Of a DNA stretch of 64,000 nt, positions 1-8,690 are shown piece after piece. Made by a program: the position numbers and the translations under genes. The stretch comes from Candidatus Micrarchaeota archaeon (GTDB taxonomy: Archaea > Micrarchaeota > Micrarchaeia > Anstonellales > Bilamarchaeaceae). Below the pieces are notes generated by a model. That model made no database searches. It saw only the letters and a list, made by a program, of their open reading frames with translations, and was not told the origin of the DNA. Location of the stretch: the NCBI GenBank assembly GCA_043803165.1, contig JAZDKI010000021.1, forward strand, positions 5,576 through 69,575, read 5' to 3'. Each line of letters begins with the position of its first letter. Positions within the stretch are counted from its first letter, which is position 1.

Positions 1-84
1 GGGCGGGCAGAAGCGGATGAAGCGCTTCTCGTCCGCCAGGGGGACTCCGCCGTCTATCGCAGGTTTTTCCATAGGATCGACCAT
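1..84 (-). CDS. partial CDS (N-terminus only, runs off window start); possibly DegT/DnrJ/EryC1-family sugar aminotransferase (PseC-like)
   Basis: minus-strand ATG at 84-82 with GGAGG 3-4 nt upstream (rc of 88-92); translation MVDPMEKPAIDGGVPLADEKRFIRFCPP stays open to the window edge; the AIDGGxP N-terminus resembles DegT-type aminotransferases; too short to be sure. Confidence 0.3.
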   Translation of the reverse strand, partial: MVDPMEKPAIDGGVPLADEKRFIRFCPP

Positions 85-99
85 CTGCCTCCGCTTCGG

Positions 100-1788
100 C
101 TAATGGAACCACTTGTGGTACCAGATATGCGCTGAAACTATCTTAAATCCGCTTTTCTGGTACAGCCGTTGCGCCGCGATGTTCCTGCCCTGTGTGACGA
201 CTTCGACGGAGTATACGCCCCGCCCATGCATATAGTCCAGCATGGCATCGACAAGTTGCCCCCCGACCCCGCTCCCTGCATGAGCGCCTTCCACCCCTAC
301 GAGTATTATCCTCCCGAGCCGCCCCTTGTTGCTGATCTCGCCGGAGATATAGCCGACTATCTTCCCATGCAGATGCGCCACAAAGACCTTGCCGTCTTTG
401 GAGCGGAAGGTGTTTTCCAGCCATCCGCTGTAGAACTCCTCCAGCCGGGCCTTGTCGAAATTGCCGTCGAAATAGTATCTGCTTTGGACGTAGCTGGATC
501 GCGCGATCCCCTTGATCCGCTCAAGGTCGGATTCGACGCAGCCCTTAATGGCTTCTGCCCACGTCCCGCGGGGGAGGAATCCTTCCATATCCAGCTCGAA
601 CCGGACCCGGATGTCCGTGAAGTGGTAGCCATGCCTCTCGGCGACCTCTACGCTGCCGGCATGGTCGCAGTCGCAGAGATAGTAGAGGCACCTCACCGAT
701 CTTTCCCTGCACCAGCGGTCTATGAAGGACGCCATCCGCTCGCTCATGCGATAGCTGGTCGCCTTGGCTATCTTGAACCCGAAGAAGCCGCTGTCCCAGT
801 CCAGGGGTTTGACGACCCGGATCAGGTCGGCGACCCGCGAGAGGCCTTCGCCATCTACTAAGCCCTGGGCCTTATGCGACATGAGAGAGCGCAGATTATG
901 GTCGCTCATGAGCCCTGACGTCCGCGATAGTATGTCTTCAGAGGAAGCCATATCCCCCATGCCGATGAATTCCGCCCCGCCCCGCTTCTGGAACCTCTTT
1001 GCGGTGACGGCCTGGTGCTCATATTGGGCGAGCACGAGCGTCGGGATCCCTGCGGCCATAGCTTCGAAAAGGGTAAGCCCGCCGTTGGTGATGGCGAGGT
1101 CTGCACCCGTCAGCATCAGCGCAAAATCCGCCGGAGCCTGGTGAAGGGAGAAGGGACGCTTGGCCGTTTTGATGAACGCCTCGAGTTCGCTCCGGAATGG
1201 ATAAACCTTCCCGACCACAAGGATGATCCCGGTCTTAGGGTCCAGCCGCTCCAGGGCCCTCGCGGTCTTGAGCGTGAGGTTCAGGTGGTCGTAGCCCCCG
1301 AAAGACACGAATATCTTCCTGCACTCCGGGCGTATCTCTTTGCGGGAGGCCCCCACCCCGGGAGGTATGACGACATACTCCGGACCGGCATAGGACGTCT
1401 TCCCATCGCCGACTATCCCGTTTATCAGGATATCCGCCATCTCCGCCCCAGGCCCCAGGTCATCCAATGACACCAGGACTCCGCAGAGGCTCCGGGCCAT
1501 CTCCATGAAAGCGAGGTCGGAATCCAGCCTGTCGACGACCAGGATGTCCGGCTTCTTATCTTCGAGTATCCTGCGGCAGCCCTCCGGGCGCTCGAACAAT
1601 TCGACCTTCCACTTGACCGTGCCTGCGAGATCCCGCGCGAAAGGATTGTCCTGCATAAGGAACGACACCGCGACATCCCCGCCTCCGATCATCGCTTCGG
1701 CAAGGCGGCTGCATCGGGCCACGTGCCCGGTGCCTATCTCGGGGGTGTTGCCCCCGTCGCAGCGGAACATCATCTTGAGCATATGCAT
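100..1788 (-). CDS. pseG: PseG-like UDP-sugar hydrolase (pseudaminic acid pathway) fused to a C-terminal GNAT N-acetyltransferase (PseH-like)
   Basis: ORF 100..2268, but the first ~160 codons overlap the divergent SDR gene, so the start is more likely the MHM/MM cluster at 1788-1770. N-terminal GNTPEIGTGHVARCxxLAEAM and central GT28-C-like block (ITNGGLTLFEAMAAGIPTLVL) match the PseG family. The C-terminal ~150 aa (GYISGE...RLYQKSGF) is a GNAT fold. Confidence 0.7.
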   Translation of the reverse strand: MHMLKMMFRCDGGNTPEIGTGHVARCSRLAEAMIGGGDVAVSFLMQDNPFARDLAGTVKWKVELFERPEGCRRILEDKKPDILVVDRLDSDLAFMEMARSLCGVLVSLDDLGPGAEMADILINGIVGDGKTSYAGPEYVVIPPGVGASRKEIRPECRKIFVSFGGYDHLNLTLKTARALERLDPKTGIILVVGKVYPFRSELEAFIKTAKRPFSLHQAPADFALMLTGADLAITNGGLTLFEAMAAGIPTLVLAQYEHQAVTAKRFQKRGGAEFIGMGDMASSEDILSRTSGLMSDHNLRSLMSHKAQGLVDGEGLSRVADLIRVVKPLDWDSGFFGFKIAKATSYRMSERMASFIDRWCRERSVRCLYYLCDCDHAGSVEVAERHGYHFTDIRVRFELDMEGFLPRGTWAEAIKGCVESDLERIKGIARSSYVQSRYYFDGNFDKARLEEFYSGWLENTFRSKDGKVFVAHLHGKIVGYISGEISNKGRLGRIILVGVEGAHAGSGVGGQLVDAMLDYMHGRGVYSVEVVTQGRNIAAQRLYQKSGFKIVSAHIWYHKWFH

Positions 1789-1837
1789 GACAATCTCCTG
1801 GAAAGATATTTTATATCGTTCGGACCTGAATCCGCTC

Positions 1838-2617
1838 ATGGATGTCATAGATTCTTTCAGGCTGGACGGCTTGGTGGTCGTGGTGACCGGCGCCGCTGGC
1901 CAGGTCGGCGACCAGCTCACGAAGGCGTATTCCGAGGCGGGGGCCCATGTCGCCCTGACCGATCTGGATATGGATGGATGCACGAAACGCGCGAAGGCGC
2001 TTTCCAAAAACGGGAAGGAGTGCATGGCCCTTGCGATGGATATCACGGACAAGAGGTCGGTGGAGAAAGCGCTGGAGGAGGTCGTCAAGAGGTTCGGCAG
2101 GGCCGATATCCTAATCAACAACGCGGGCATAGGGGTTTTTTCGCCCTTCGAAGACAGGACTTCCGAGGAGTTCGAGAGGGCGATGAGGATAAACCTCCTG
2201 GGGACGTTCCTTTGCTCCCAGGTGTTCTCCGCCCAGATGAAGAAGCAGAAGGGCGGGTCGATAATCAATATCGGTTCGGTGTATGGGGTGACGACTGCGG
2301 ACTATCGCATCTATGGCGACTCCGGCAGGAACAGCTCCGAGGTCTATGCCGCGACAAAGGCGGGCGTCATCCATATGACGCGCTACCTCGCGGTGTACCT
2401 GGCCAGGTATGGGATCAGGGTGAACTGCATATCGCCCGGCGGCCTTTTCAACAACCAGGCGCCCGGGTTCGTGAAGAATTATGAATACAAGACGCCCTTG
2501 GGGCGGATGGCGGATGAGACGGACCTGAAGGGAGCTGCGGTGTTTTTGGCGTCTCCGGCAGCCAAGTACATAACCGGACAGAATATCATCGTCGACGGCG
2601 GATTCTCCCTCATCTAA
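1838..2617 (+). CDS. short-chain dehydrogenase/reductase (SDR) family oxidoreductase
   Basis: TGAAGQVG Rossmann motif, NNAG, catalytic YAATKAG (YxxxK). ATG at 1838 (alternative 1787). TATA-like tttatat at 1809-1816, ~24 nt upstream. Confidence 0.85.
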   Translation: MDVIDSFRLDGLVVVVTGAAGQVGDQLTKAYSEAGAHVALTDLDMDGCTKRAKALSKNGKECMALAMDITDKRSVEKALEEVVKRFGRADILINNAGIGVFSPFEDRTSEEFERAMRINLLGTFLCSQVFSAQMKKQKGGSIINIGSVYGVTTADYRIYGDSGRNSSEVYAATKAGVIHMTRYLAVYLARYGIRVNCISPGGLFNNQAPGFVKNYEYKTPLGRMADETDLKGAAVFLASPAAKYITGQNIIVDGGFSLI

Positions 2618-2624
2618 GGACTGG

Positions 2625-4505
2625 TCAGACTTCGATGCTGCGCCCGTCGCCCAATATCAACGGCTTTATGATCTCGCGGGCGCCCTTCCCCCTGACCGTG
2701 CAGCCGCTCCCTATGATGCTGTCGGTTATCCTTCCTGCGCCTTCTATGACCGCCTTGTCGAAAACCATGGAGAACTCGATGCTCGTCCTGCTGATCCTCG
2801 CCCCGTCTGCGACCGATGTGTAGGGTCCGATAAGGCAGTCCGGCCCGATGACGCAGCCTTCGCCTATCGAGACGGGCCCGCGGATCTCGGTGTTCTCCAG
2901 GATACTGCTCCCGCGACCGATCCGGACCCGACCGAATATCTTCGCCGATGGCGCCCTGCCGCCCTCGTTGAATGTGTCCTTCATATGGTCGAGCATCAGG
3001 CCGTTGGCCAGAAGCAGGGACTGCGGCTTCCCTGTGTCGTGCCACCAGTCTTTCACGAATTCCACCGAGACCGGTTTTGAAGACGAGATCAGGGCCTGTA
3101 TGGCGTCGGTGATCTCCAGCTCCCCCCTCGGCGAGGGCTTGATCTTCGATATCGCATCGAATACCGATGAGCGGAACGCATAGATGCCGACTATCGCGAA
3201 GTTGCTCTTCGGCTTCTCGGGCTTCTCCACCAGCCGGATGGGCCTCCGCTTGTCGTCCAGCTCGACCACCCCGAAGCGGGTCGGATCGTCCACCGTGGTG
3301 AGCATCAGCCGGGCGTCATCCGATGATGATGCGAATGCCGATACGAAGCCGGCGATCCCGCCGCTGAGCAGATTGTCGCCCAGATAGAGGATGAACGGGG
3401 ACCCTCCGATGAAGCCTTGGGCGCAGCGCACCGCGTGCGCGAGCCCGAGGGGCTCGGGCTGGACGATATACGTCACCTTCACCTTCCAGCGCGAACCGTC
3501 GCCGACGGCTTCCTTTATCGGAGTTCCGGCAGGGCTGATCACGATCCCGATGTCGGTGATGCCGGCGTTTATCAGGTCGTCGAGGACATACATTATCATC
3601 GGCTTGTTGGCGACCGGCACCAGGGGCTTGAGGCGGTTGTCGGTTATCGGCTTGAGGCCGGTCCCCCGCCCGGCCGCCAGTATCAGGCCCTTCATGCCAT
3701 GGATCTTCTCGGCGTTCCTGAAATTCATGTACGCGGTCTCGATATCCCCGATTCGGCTGGGGCTCCCGTCAAAAAGGTATGAGAAGGGCTCCTTCTCGGC
3801 CTCCCTGATAAGCTCCTGGAACGAGATCCTGAAATGCTTTTCGCAGCTGGCTATGGTCCGGAACACGAAAAGCCTGGATGAGATGGAAAAATGCTGGCTC
3901 CTTACCTCGATTTTCGGGGTGTTTATCCGGATATCGGGGTGGGTGGAAAAAAGCAGGTCGTAGAACGCCAGGTCCCCAAGCCAGCTGTCCAAGCCGCCGA
4001 TCGATGAGCCGATGGGTTCGTAGTATCCCCTCCCCTTGATCATGAAAAGCCCGGCCTGGAGGTCGCGTACGGATGTGGCCCATTTGCGGCGCAAAAAACC
4101 GTTCTCCAGATCCTCGAGCGTCAGCCCGTCTATCGAATCCCTGGTGAATATCACGCGCTTCATGCGTTCAGGGACGGTCACGCCCTTGGGCGCCCGCTCG
4201 TATATCTTGCGGACCGCCGGGAAGATGTGCTGGTCGTTGCCGTTTGTCACTATCACGTCTTCGCATCTGTTCTTCGACGCATAATCGAGGATGATGGACC
4301 AGGAGCGCCCGTGGCCCTCGGCCTTGCCTGAGTAGTGGACGACCGAATCGAAGACCGAGGCGATCTTATCCGGCACAATCTCCCCGCAGGCGGCGAGGAT
4401 CATCTTGGCCTTTGGGAACACCTTCCTCGCGTCGGAAGCCTGCCGCTCCAGTTCGGGCAGCCCTTCAGGGCTTATGAAGCTTCGTATGCCTAGAGCCAAG
4501 GTCAT
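2625..4505 (-). CDS. two-domain protein: N-terminal ~270-aa uncharacterised domain fused in-frame to a sugar-1-phosphate nucleotidyltransferase (RmlA/GlmU-like) with C-terminal left-handed beta-helix
   Basis: Continuous 626-aa ORF. From the internal Met (MKGLILAAGRGTGLKPITDNRLKPLVPVANKPMI) onward it is the NTP_transferase fold, followed by hexapeptide repeats (GPVSIGEGCVIGPDCLIGPYTSV). There is no stop between domains, so this is either a true fusion or use of the internal start. Confidence 0.7.
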   Translation of the reverse strand: MTLALGIRSFISPEGLPELERQASDARKVFPKAKMILAACGEIVPDKIASVFDSVVHYSGKAEGHGRSWSIILDYASKNRCEDVIVTNGNDQHIFPAVRKIYERAPKGVTVPERMKRVIFTRDSIDGLTLEDLENGFLRRKWATSVRDLQAGLFMIKGRGYYEPIGSSIGGLDSWLGDLAFYDLLFSTHPDIRINTPKIEVRSQHFSISSRLFVFRTIASCEKHFRISFQELIREAEKEPFSYLFDGSPSRIGDIETAYMNFRNAEKIHGMKGLILAAGRGTGLKPITDNRLKPLVPVANKPMIMYVLDDLINAGITDIGIVISPAGTPIKEAVGDGSRWKVKVTYIVQPEPLGLAHAVRCAQGFIGGSPFILYLGDNLLSGGIAGFVSAFASSSDDARLMLTTVDDPTRFGVVELDDKRRPIRLVEKPEKPKSNFAIVGIYAFRSSVFDAISKIKPSPRGELEITDAIQALISSSKPVSVEFVKDWWHDTGKPQSLLLANGLMLDHMKDTFNEGGRAPSAKIFGRVRIGRGSSILENTEIRGPVSIGEGCVIGPDCLIGPYTSVADGARISRTSIEFSMVFDKAVIEGAGRITDSIIGSGCTVRGKGAREIIKPLILGDGRSIEV

Positions 4506-5460
4506 GTGTCTTCGTCTTCCCCTCCCACCATGAGCGGTTATCCGCGTACCACTTGATCGTATCTGATATCCCGCTTTTGAAACCTATCTTCGGGGCCCAC
4601 CCGAGCGCGCGCATGCGTGAGCTGTCCAGGGCGTAGCGCGTGTCTTCGCCCGGCCTTGCCGCCTCGTGCGAGACCATGGATGCGTCCTTGCCTAAAGCGG
4701 AGAGGATCGTCCTTGCGACCTCCATCACGCTCTTCCGCTCTCCCGTGCCTATATTATATGCCGAGCCCGGGCGCCCTTTCCCAAGGACGCCGAGTATCGC
4801 GTCGCAGTTGTCGTTGACGTGTATCCATTCCCTGACCGATTCCCCGCTCCCGTATATCGGAAGCTTCTTTCCCGACAGGGCGAGCAGGACGAATTTCGGG
4901 ATCAGCTTCTCGATGTGCTGGAACGGCCCGTAATTGTTGGTCGTGCGGGTCGTTTTCACATCCATCCCATAGGTGCGGAAGAAGGCGTATGCCAGATTGT
5001 CCGCAGCCGCCTTGGACGCCGAGTACGGGCTCGAAGGGACGAGGGGGTCGGACTCCCTGCTCTCGCCTTCCTGCACATCCCCGTAAACCTCGTCTGTGGA
5101 TATCTGCAGGAAAGAGGCGTCATGCCTCCTGGCGGATTCCAGGAGCGTGAGGGTGCCGAGCACGTTGGTCTCATAGAAGAGCCTGGGATTCGTTATCGAA
5201 TAATCGACGTGGCTCTCAGCCGCGAAATTCACCACCGCGTCGCATCCGCGCATGGCCCGGTCCACCGCCGCAGGATCCCTGATGTCGCCTTTGATAAACG
5301 AGTACCGCTTGTCGCCGGATGCGCCCCCCAAATTCCTGATGTCCGCCGCGTATGTCAGGGAATCCAGCACCGAGACCTCGTTCCCCCGGTCTGCCGCCAG
5401 AGCCCGCATCACGAAATTCGAACCGATGAAACCGGCTCCGCCGGTCACGAGCGCTTTCAT
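4465..5460 (-). CDS. rmlB: dTDP-glucose 4,6-dehydratase
   Basis: MKALVTGGAGFIGSNF, catalytic YSASKAA, extended-SDR dehydratase layout. Start at ATG 5460 (ORF track extends to 5655 through the upstream gene). Overlaps the next gene by 41 nt. Confidence 0.85.
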   Translation of the reverse strand: MKALVTGGAGFIGSNFVMRALAADRGNEVSVLDSLTYAADIRNLGGASGDKRYSFIKGDIRDPAAVDRAMRGCDAVVNFAAESHVDYSITNPRLFYETNVLGTLTLLESARRHDASFLQISTDEVYGDVQEGESRESDPLVPSSPYSASKAAADNLAYAFFRTYGMDVKTTRTTNNYGPFQHIEKLIPKFVLLALSGKKLPIYGSGESVREWIHVNDNCDAILGVLGKGRPGSAYNIGTGERKSVMEVARTILSALGKDASMVSHEAARPGEDTRYALDSSRMRALGWAPKIGFKSGISDTIKWYADNRSWWEGKTKTHDLGSRHTKLHKP

Positions 5461-5465
5461 CTTCC

Positions 5466-6584
5466 TCACAGGATCGTGTCCCAGGTTATCGGCTGCCAGG
5501 CCTCGATGGGCACCCTCGCGCGGGCTTTGGAGACCACAAGCTCGTGGTATCTGGGAGCCAGCCCCCGATGCGGATATGCCCCGGGCCTCAGCACGCCGAC
5601 ATTTTCGATCGTCAGCCTCTCGCCCTCGGCGATCCTCTTGGTGGAGAAGAGGCATTTGTACGCGAAATCCCTCACATAACGCTCCACTTCATAGGTCATG
5701 CGCCTGGAGCTTCCGAGCAGCAGGGGCTCGACCTGGAACCGCTTCCCGCAATTGTACCCGGCCCGGATCGCCCTCATATCAGCGACCATCTTTTTCAGCT
5801 CGTCCGGCTCGGTCGCGAATGCATGGTCCGGCCCGGGCAGCTTGCGGTCTATCGTGGTGTGTATCTCGAAAAGGTCGGCGCCGCATTTGGCGGCGGCCAT
5901 CGGCACGCGCCCGGAATCTATCTTCCCGGCCTCATCGCAGAATCCGTTGTCCGAGAACCCGACCGGCACGTCGAATGCGAGCCGCAGCGTCTCCATCACG
6001 GCCAGGTTGGCATAAGCGTATGGCGCAGGATACTTCGCTATGCAGTGCATGATGGCGAATTGCGTATGCGCGCCACGCAGCATATCGGCGGTCTCTGCGA
6101 CCTCGGCCATATCCGCGCCCCCGCATGAGAAGACCACCGGCTTCTTTTTCGTGGTCAGGTGCCTGATGAGCGGGATGTTGGTCATGTCGTAGGATGAGAC
6201 CTTGAACAGCGGCACGCCGTGGCGGTCAAGCAGGTCCACGCACGCACCGTCCACCGGGGTGGAGAAGAATATGAGGCCGTGCGCCCTGCAGTAGTCCTGC
6301 AGCTCGCCGATCCATTCCTCCGGCATCTCCAGCTTGACATGCAGATCGTATATCGGGATGTCTTTGCCCATGAGCTTGTAGGTGCCGGACCGCTCTTCCG
6401 GCATGTAGAGGGCTTTGGCGGTGAAAGTCTGGAACTTGGCGGCGTCGCAGCCGGCCGCCGCCGCTGCATCCACCATCTTCTTCGCGAGCGCCAGCTCGCC
6501 GTTGTGGTTGATGCCGATCTCAGCGATGAAGAACAGGTCTTCCCCCCTGCCGATTTTCCGGTTCCCGACCTTCAAGCTTTCCAT
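5466..6584 (-). CDS. pseI: N-acetylneuraminate/pseudaminic acid synthase family (NeuB/PseI/LegI) with C-terminal SAF domain
   Basis: FIAEIGINHNG, KFQTF, TIM-barrel NeuB family signature plus C-terminal SAF/antifreeze-like domain. Co-occurrence with PseG/PseH favours pseudaminic acid, but legionaminic or sialic acid specificity cannot be excluded from sequence alone. Confidence 0.8.
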   Translation of the reverse strand: MESLKVGNRKIGRGEDLFFIAEIGINHNGELALAKKMVDAAAAAGCDAAKFQTFTAKALYMPEERSGTYKLMGKDIPIYDLHVKLEMPEEWIGELQDYCRAHGLIFFSTPVDGACVDLLDRHGVPLFKVSSYDMTNIPLIRHLTTKKKPVVFSCGGADMAEVAETADMLRGAHTQFAIMHCIAKYPAPYAYANLAVMETLRLAFDVPVGFSDNGFCDEAGKIDSGRVPMAAAKCGADLFEIHTTIDRKLPGPDHAFATEPDELKKMVADMRAIRAGYNCGKRFQVEPLLLGSSRRMTYEVERYVRDFAYKCLFSTKRIAEGERLTIENVGVLRPGAYPHRGLAPRYHELVVSKARARVPIEAWQPITWDTIL

Positions 6585-6702
6585 TGGACCAGCCGCTAGA
6601 GCATAATTCGTGATATTGTCCTGAGGTGATGATATCTTGGAAAGGACTTAAATTACTTCTGCAGGACAAGTCTTATCGATAAGGGATCAGAGGCGATGCT
6701 TC

Positions 6703-8025
6703 ATGGACAAAGGTTTGGAGCTTTGGAAAAGAGCGAAGAGGATAATGCCTGGGGGCAGCCAGCTCCTGTCAAAGCGGTCCGAGATGTTCCTTCCCGAGCG
6801 GTGGCCGTCATATTATTCTAAGGCGAAGGGCATAGATATCTGGGACCTGGACGGCAAAAGATACACGGATATGAGCATCATGAGCGTCGGGGCCTGCATC
6901 CTCGGATATGCCGATGACGATGTGAACGCCGCAGTGGTGAAGGCGGTCAGGGACGGGAGCATCTCCACGCTCAACTGCCCGGAAGAGGTGGAGCTCGCAG
7001 AGAAGCTGCTTCAGATCAACAAATGGGCTGGCGGGATAAGGTACGCGAGGACGGCGGGGGAAGCCCTCGCCATCGCGGTCAGGATCGCGAGGGCGCACAC
7101 GAAAAAAGACAAGGTGGCCTTCTGCGGGTACCACGGGTGGCATGACTGGTACCTTTCGGCGAACCTGGCGGACGAGAAGGCGCTGGACGGACACCTCTTG
7201 CCGGGCCTGTGCCCCCTGGGCGTGCCCCGCGGGCTGAAGGGGACCTCGATCCCGTTCGAATACAACAAGCCCGAACAGCTGGCCATGATCCTTGAGAAGA
7301 ACAAGGGGGAGGTCGGCACCATCGTCATGGAGCCGATGCTCCACCACCTCCCCAAGGATGGATTCTTGGACAAGGTGCGGAAGATGGCGGACGCCGCTGG
7401 CGCGGTGCTCATCGTGGACGAGGTGACCGTGGGCTGGAGGAAAAACGTCGGCGGGATGAACGCCCTGCTCGGACTCAGGCCGGATATGGCCGTGTACGGG
7501 AAGGCCATGAGCAACGGGTATCCGATGGCCGCGATAGCAGGCAGGAGCGAGGTCATGGATGCGGCCCAGGAATCGTTCATCAGCAGCACATACTGGACCG
7601 AGCGCGTCGGGCCTGCGGCGGCACTTGCCACGATCGCGAAGCTCGAGAGGGAATCGGTGCCCGCGCACCTGGTCAGGATCGGGAGGATGATAGGGGAGGG
7701 CTGGGCCAAGCTGGCTTCTGAGAAGGGGTTGGCCTTGGACGTCCTGCTCGACTTCGAGCCTCTCGTGGCTTTCGACCTCGGATACGGGGATAAGAACCAG
7801 GCCCTTGCGACATTGTACACCCAGGAGATGCTGGAGAGGGGCTACCTCGCTTCGAAGAAGGGGGTGTACGTCTCTTTCGCCCATAAGGAGGAAGACGTAT
7901 CAAGGTTCCTTGAAAAGGCTGATGAGGTCTTTGGCATCATGAAGAAGGCCGTGGATGGGGGCGATGTGGGGAAGATGCTCAAGGGGCCCATAGCCCATTC
8001 CGGATTCAAGAGGCTGACATCATGA
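6703..8025 (+). CDS. class III PLP-dependent aminotransferase (glutamate-1-semialdehyde aminomutase-like)
   Basis: N-terminal RAKRIMPGGSQ, VDEVTVGWR, GKAMSNGYP (PLP-lysine region) typical of HemL-like aminotransferases. Divergent from pseI with a ~120-bp promoter region. Confidence 0.8.
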   Translation: MDKGLELWKRAKRIMPGGSQLLSKRSEMFLPERWPSYYSKAKGIDIWDLDGKRYTDMSIMSVGACILGYADDDVNAAVVKAVRDGSISTLNCPEEVELAEKLLQINKWAGGIRYARTAGEALAIAVRIARAHTKKDKVAFCGYHGWHDWYLSANLADEKALDGHLLPGLCPLGVPRGLKGTSIPFEYNKPEQLAMILEKNKGEVGTIVMEPMLHHLPKDGFLDKVRKMADAAGAVLIVDEVTVGWRKNVGGMNALLGLRPDMAVYGKAMSNGYPMAAIAGRSEVMDAAQESFISSTYWTERVGPAAALATIAKLERESVPAHLVRIGRMIGEGWAKLASEKGLALDVLLDFEPLVAFDLGYGDKNQALATLYTQEMLERGYLASKKGVYVSFAHKEEDVSRFLEKADEVFGIMKKAVDGGDVGKMLKGPIAHSGFKRLTS

Positions 8026-8690
8026 GATCTGGGGCAGTGAAGGACGCTTATTTCAATTCGTCGGAGCGCATAGAAGCGTATGAGACCTGGGAGCCGATTA
8101 ATGTCAGGTACAACCTGGACCTCTTATCCACATGCGGAATATCCGCCGCCAGAACGGTCGGCCGGAGCGTCCTGGATGTAGGATGCGGATTCGGTCTCCT
8201 GCTCAAGTCCTTTTCCGATGCAGGAGCTAGGTGCTTCGGCATAGACATATCGGAAGTGGCTATCGACCAGTGCAGGAAGAGGTTCCCGGAGATAAGGGCG
8301 GAGGTCGCCGACTGCGCGCATATGCCTTTTCCAGAGAGATTCGCGCTCATCACCTGCTTTGGCACGCTCGGCCTTGTGCAGAAAGAGAGACATGCCGAAT
8401 TTCTGAGGATGGCGCATAGGTCGCTCGAAGATGGCGGGATCCTTTTCGCTAACGCCCCTAATGCGGAGAGGCCGGGTTTCATGGATGCTTTGAGCGGAAA
8501 GGGGCGCTCGTCTTCATATGATAATGCCCGGAGGGTTAGTGAGTGGGAAGGTTTGCTCTCCGAAGCGGGCTTTCGCGATACGTCTGTTTATCCTGTTCTC
8601 AGGGTTTTGAAATCAGAGGGCATTTTCCATAAGAACGTGTTCCTCAGGCCGGGATTCGGGGACCCGATAGTCATCTTTGCGAAGCGCTGA
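8022..8690 (+). CDS. class I SAM-dependent methyltransferase
   Basis: VLDVGCGFGLLL glycine-rich SAM motif. ATGA overlap with the upstream aminotransferase (translational coupling). Confidence 0.8.
   Translation: MRSGAVKDAYFNSSERIEAYETWEPINVRYNLDLLSTCGISAARTVGRSVLDVGCGFGLLLKSFSDAGARCFGIDISEVAIDQCRKRFPEIRAEVADCAHMPFPERFALITCFGTLGLVQKERHAEFLRMAHRSLEDGGILFANAPNAERPGFMDALSGKGRSSSYDNARRVSEWEGLLSEAGFRDTSVYPVLRVLKSEGIFHKNVFLRPGFGDPIVIFAKR

Noticed and set aside
143-861. Several long ORFs antisense to, or out of frame with, the PseG-PseH gene (143..424 -, 169..861 +, 357..632 -). Similar shadow ORFs occur across the window (for example 6808..7884 -, 7011..7820 -, 9663..10562 -, 23098..23901 -, 49207..50658 -, 55638..56726 -, 62276..63415 +)
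   Set aside because: High-GC DNA gives long stop-free antisense frames. These overlap strongly supported genes almost completely, and their translations are low-complexity (Arg/Pro/Ala/Ser-rich) with no motifs.
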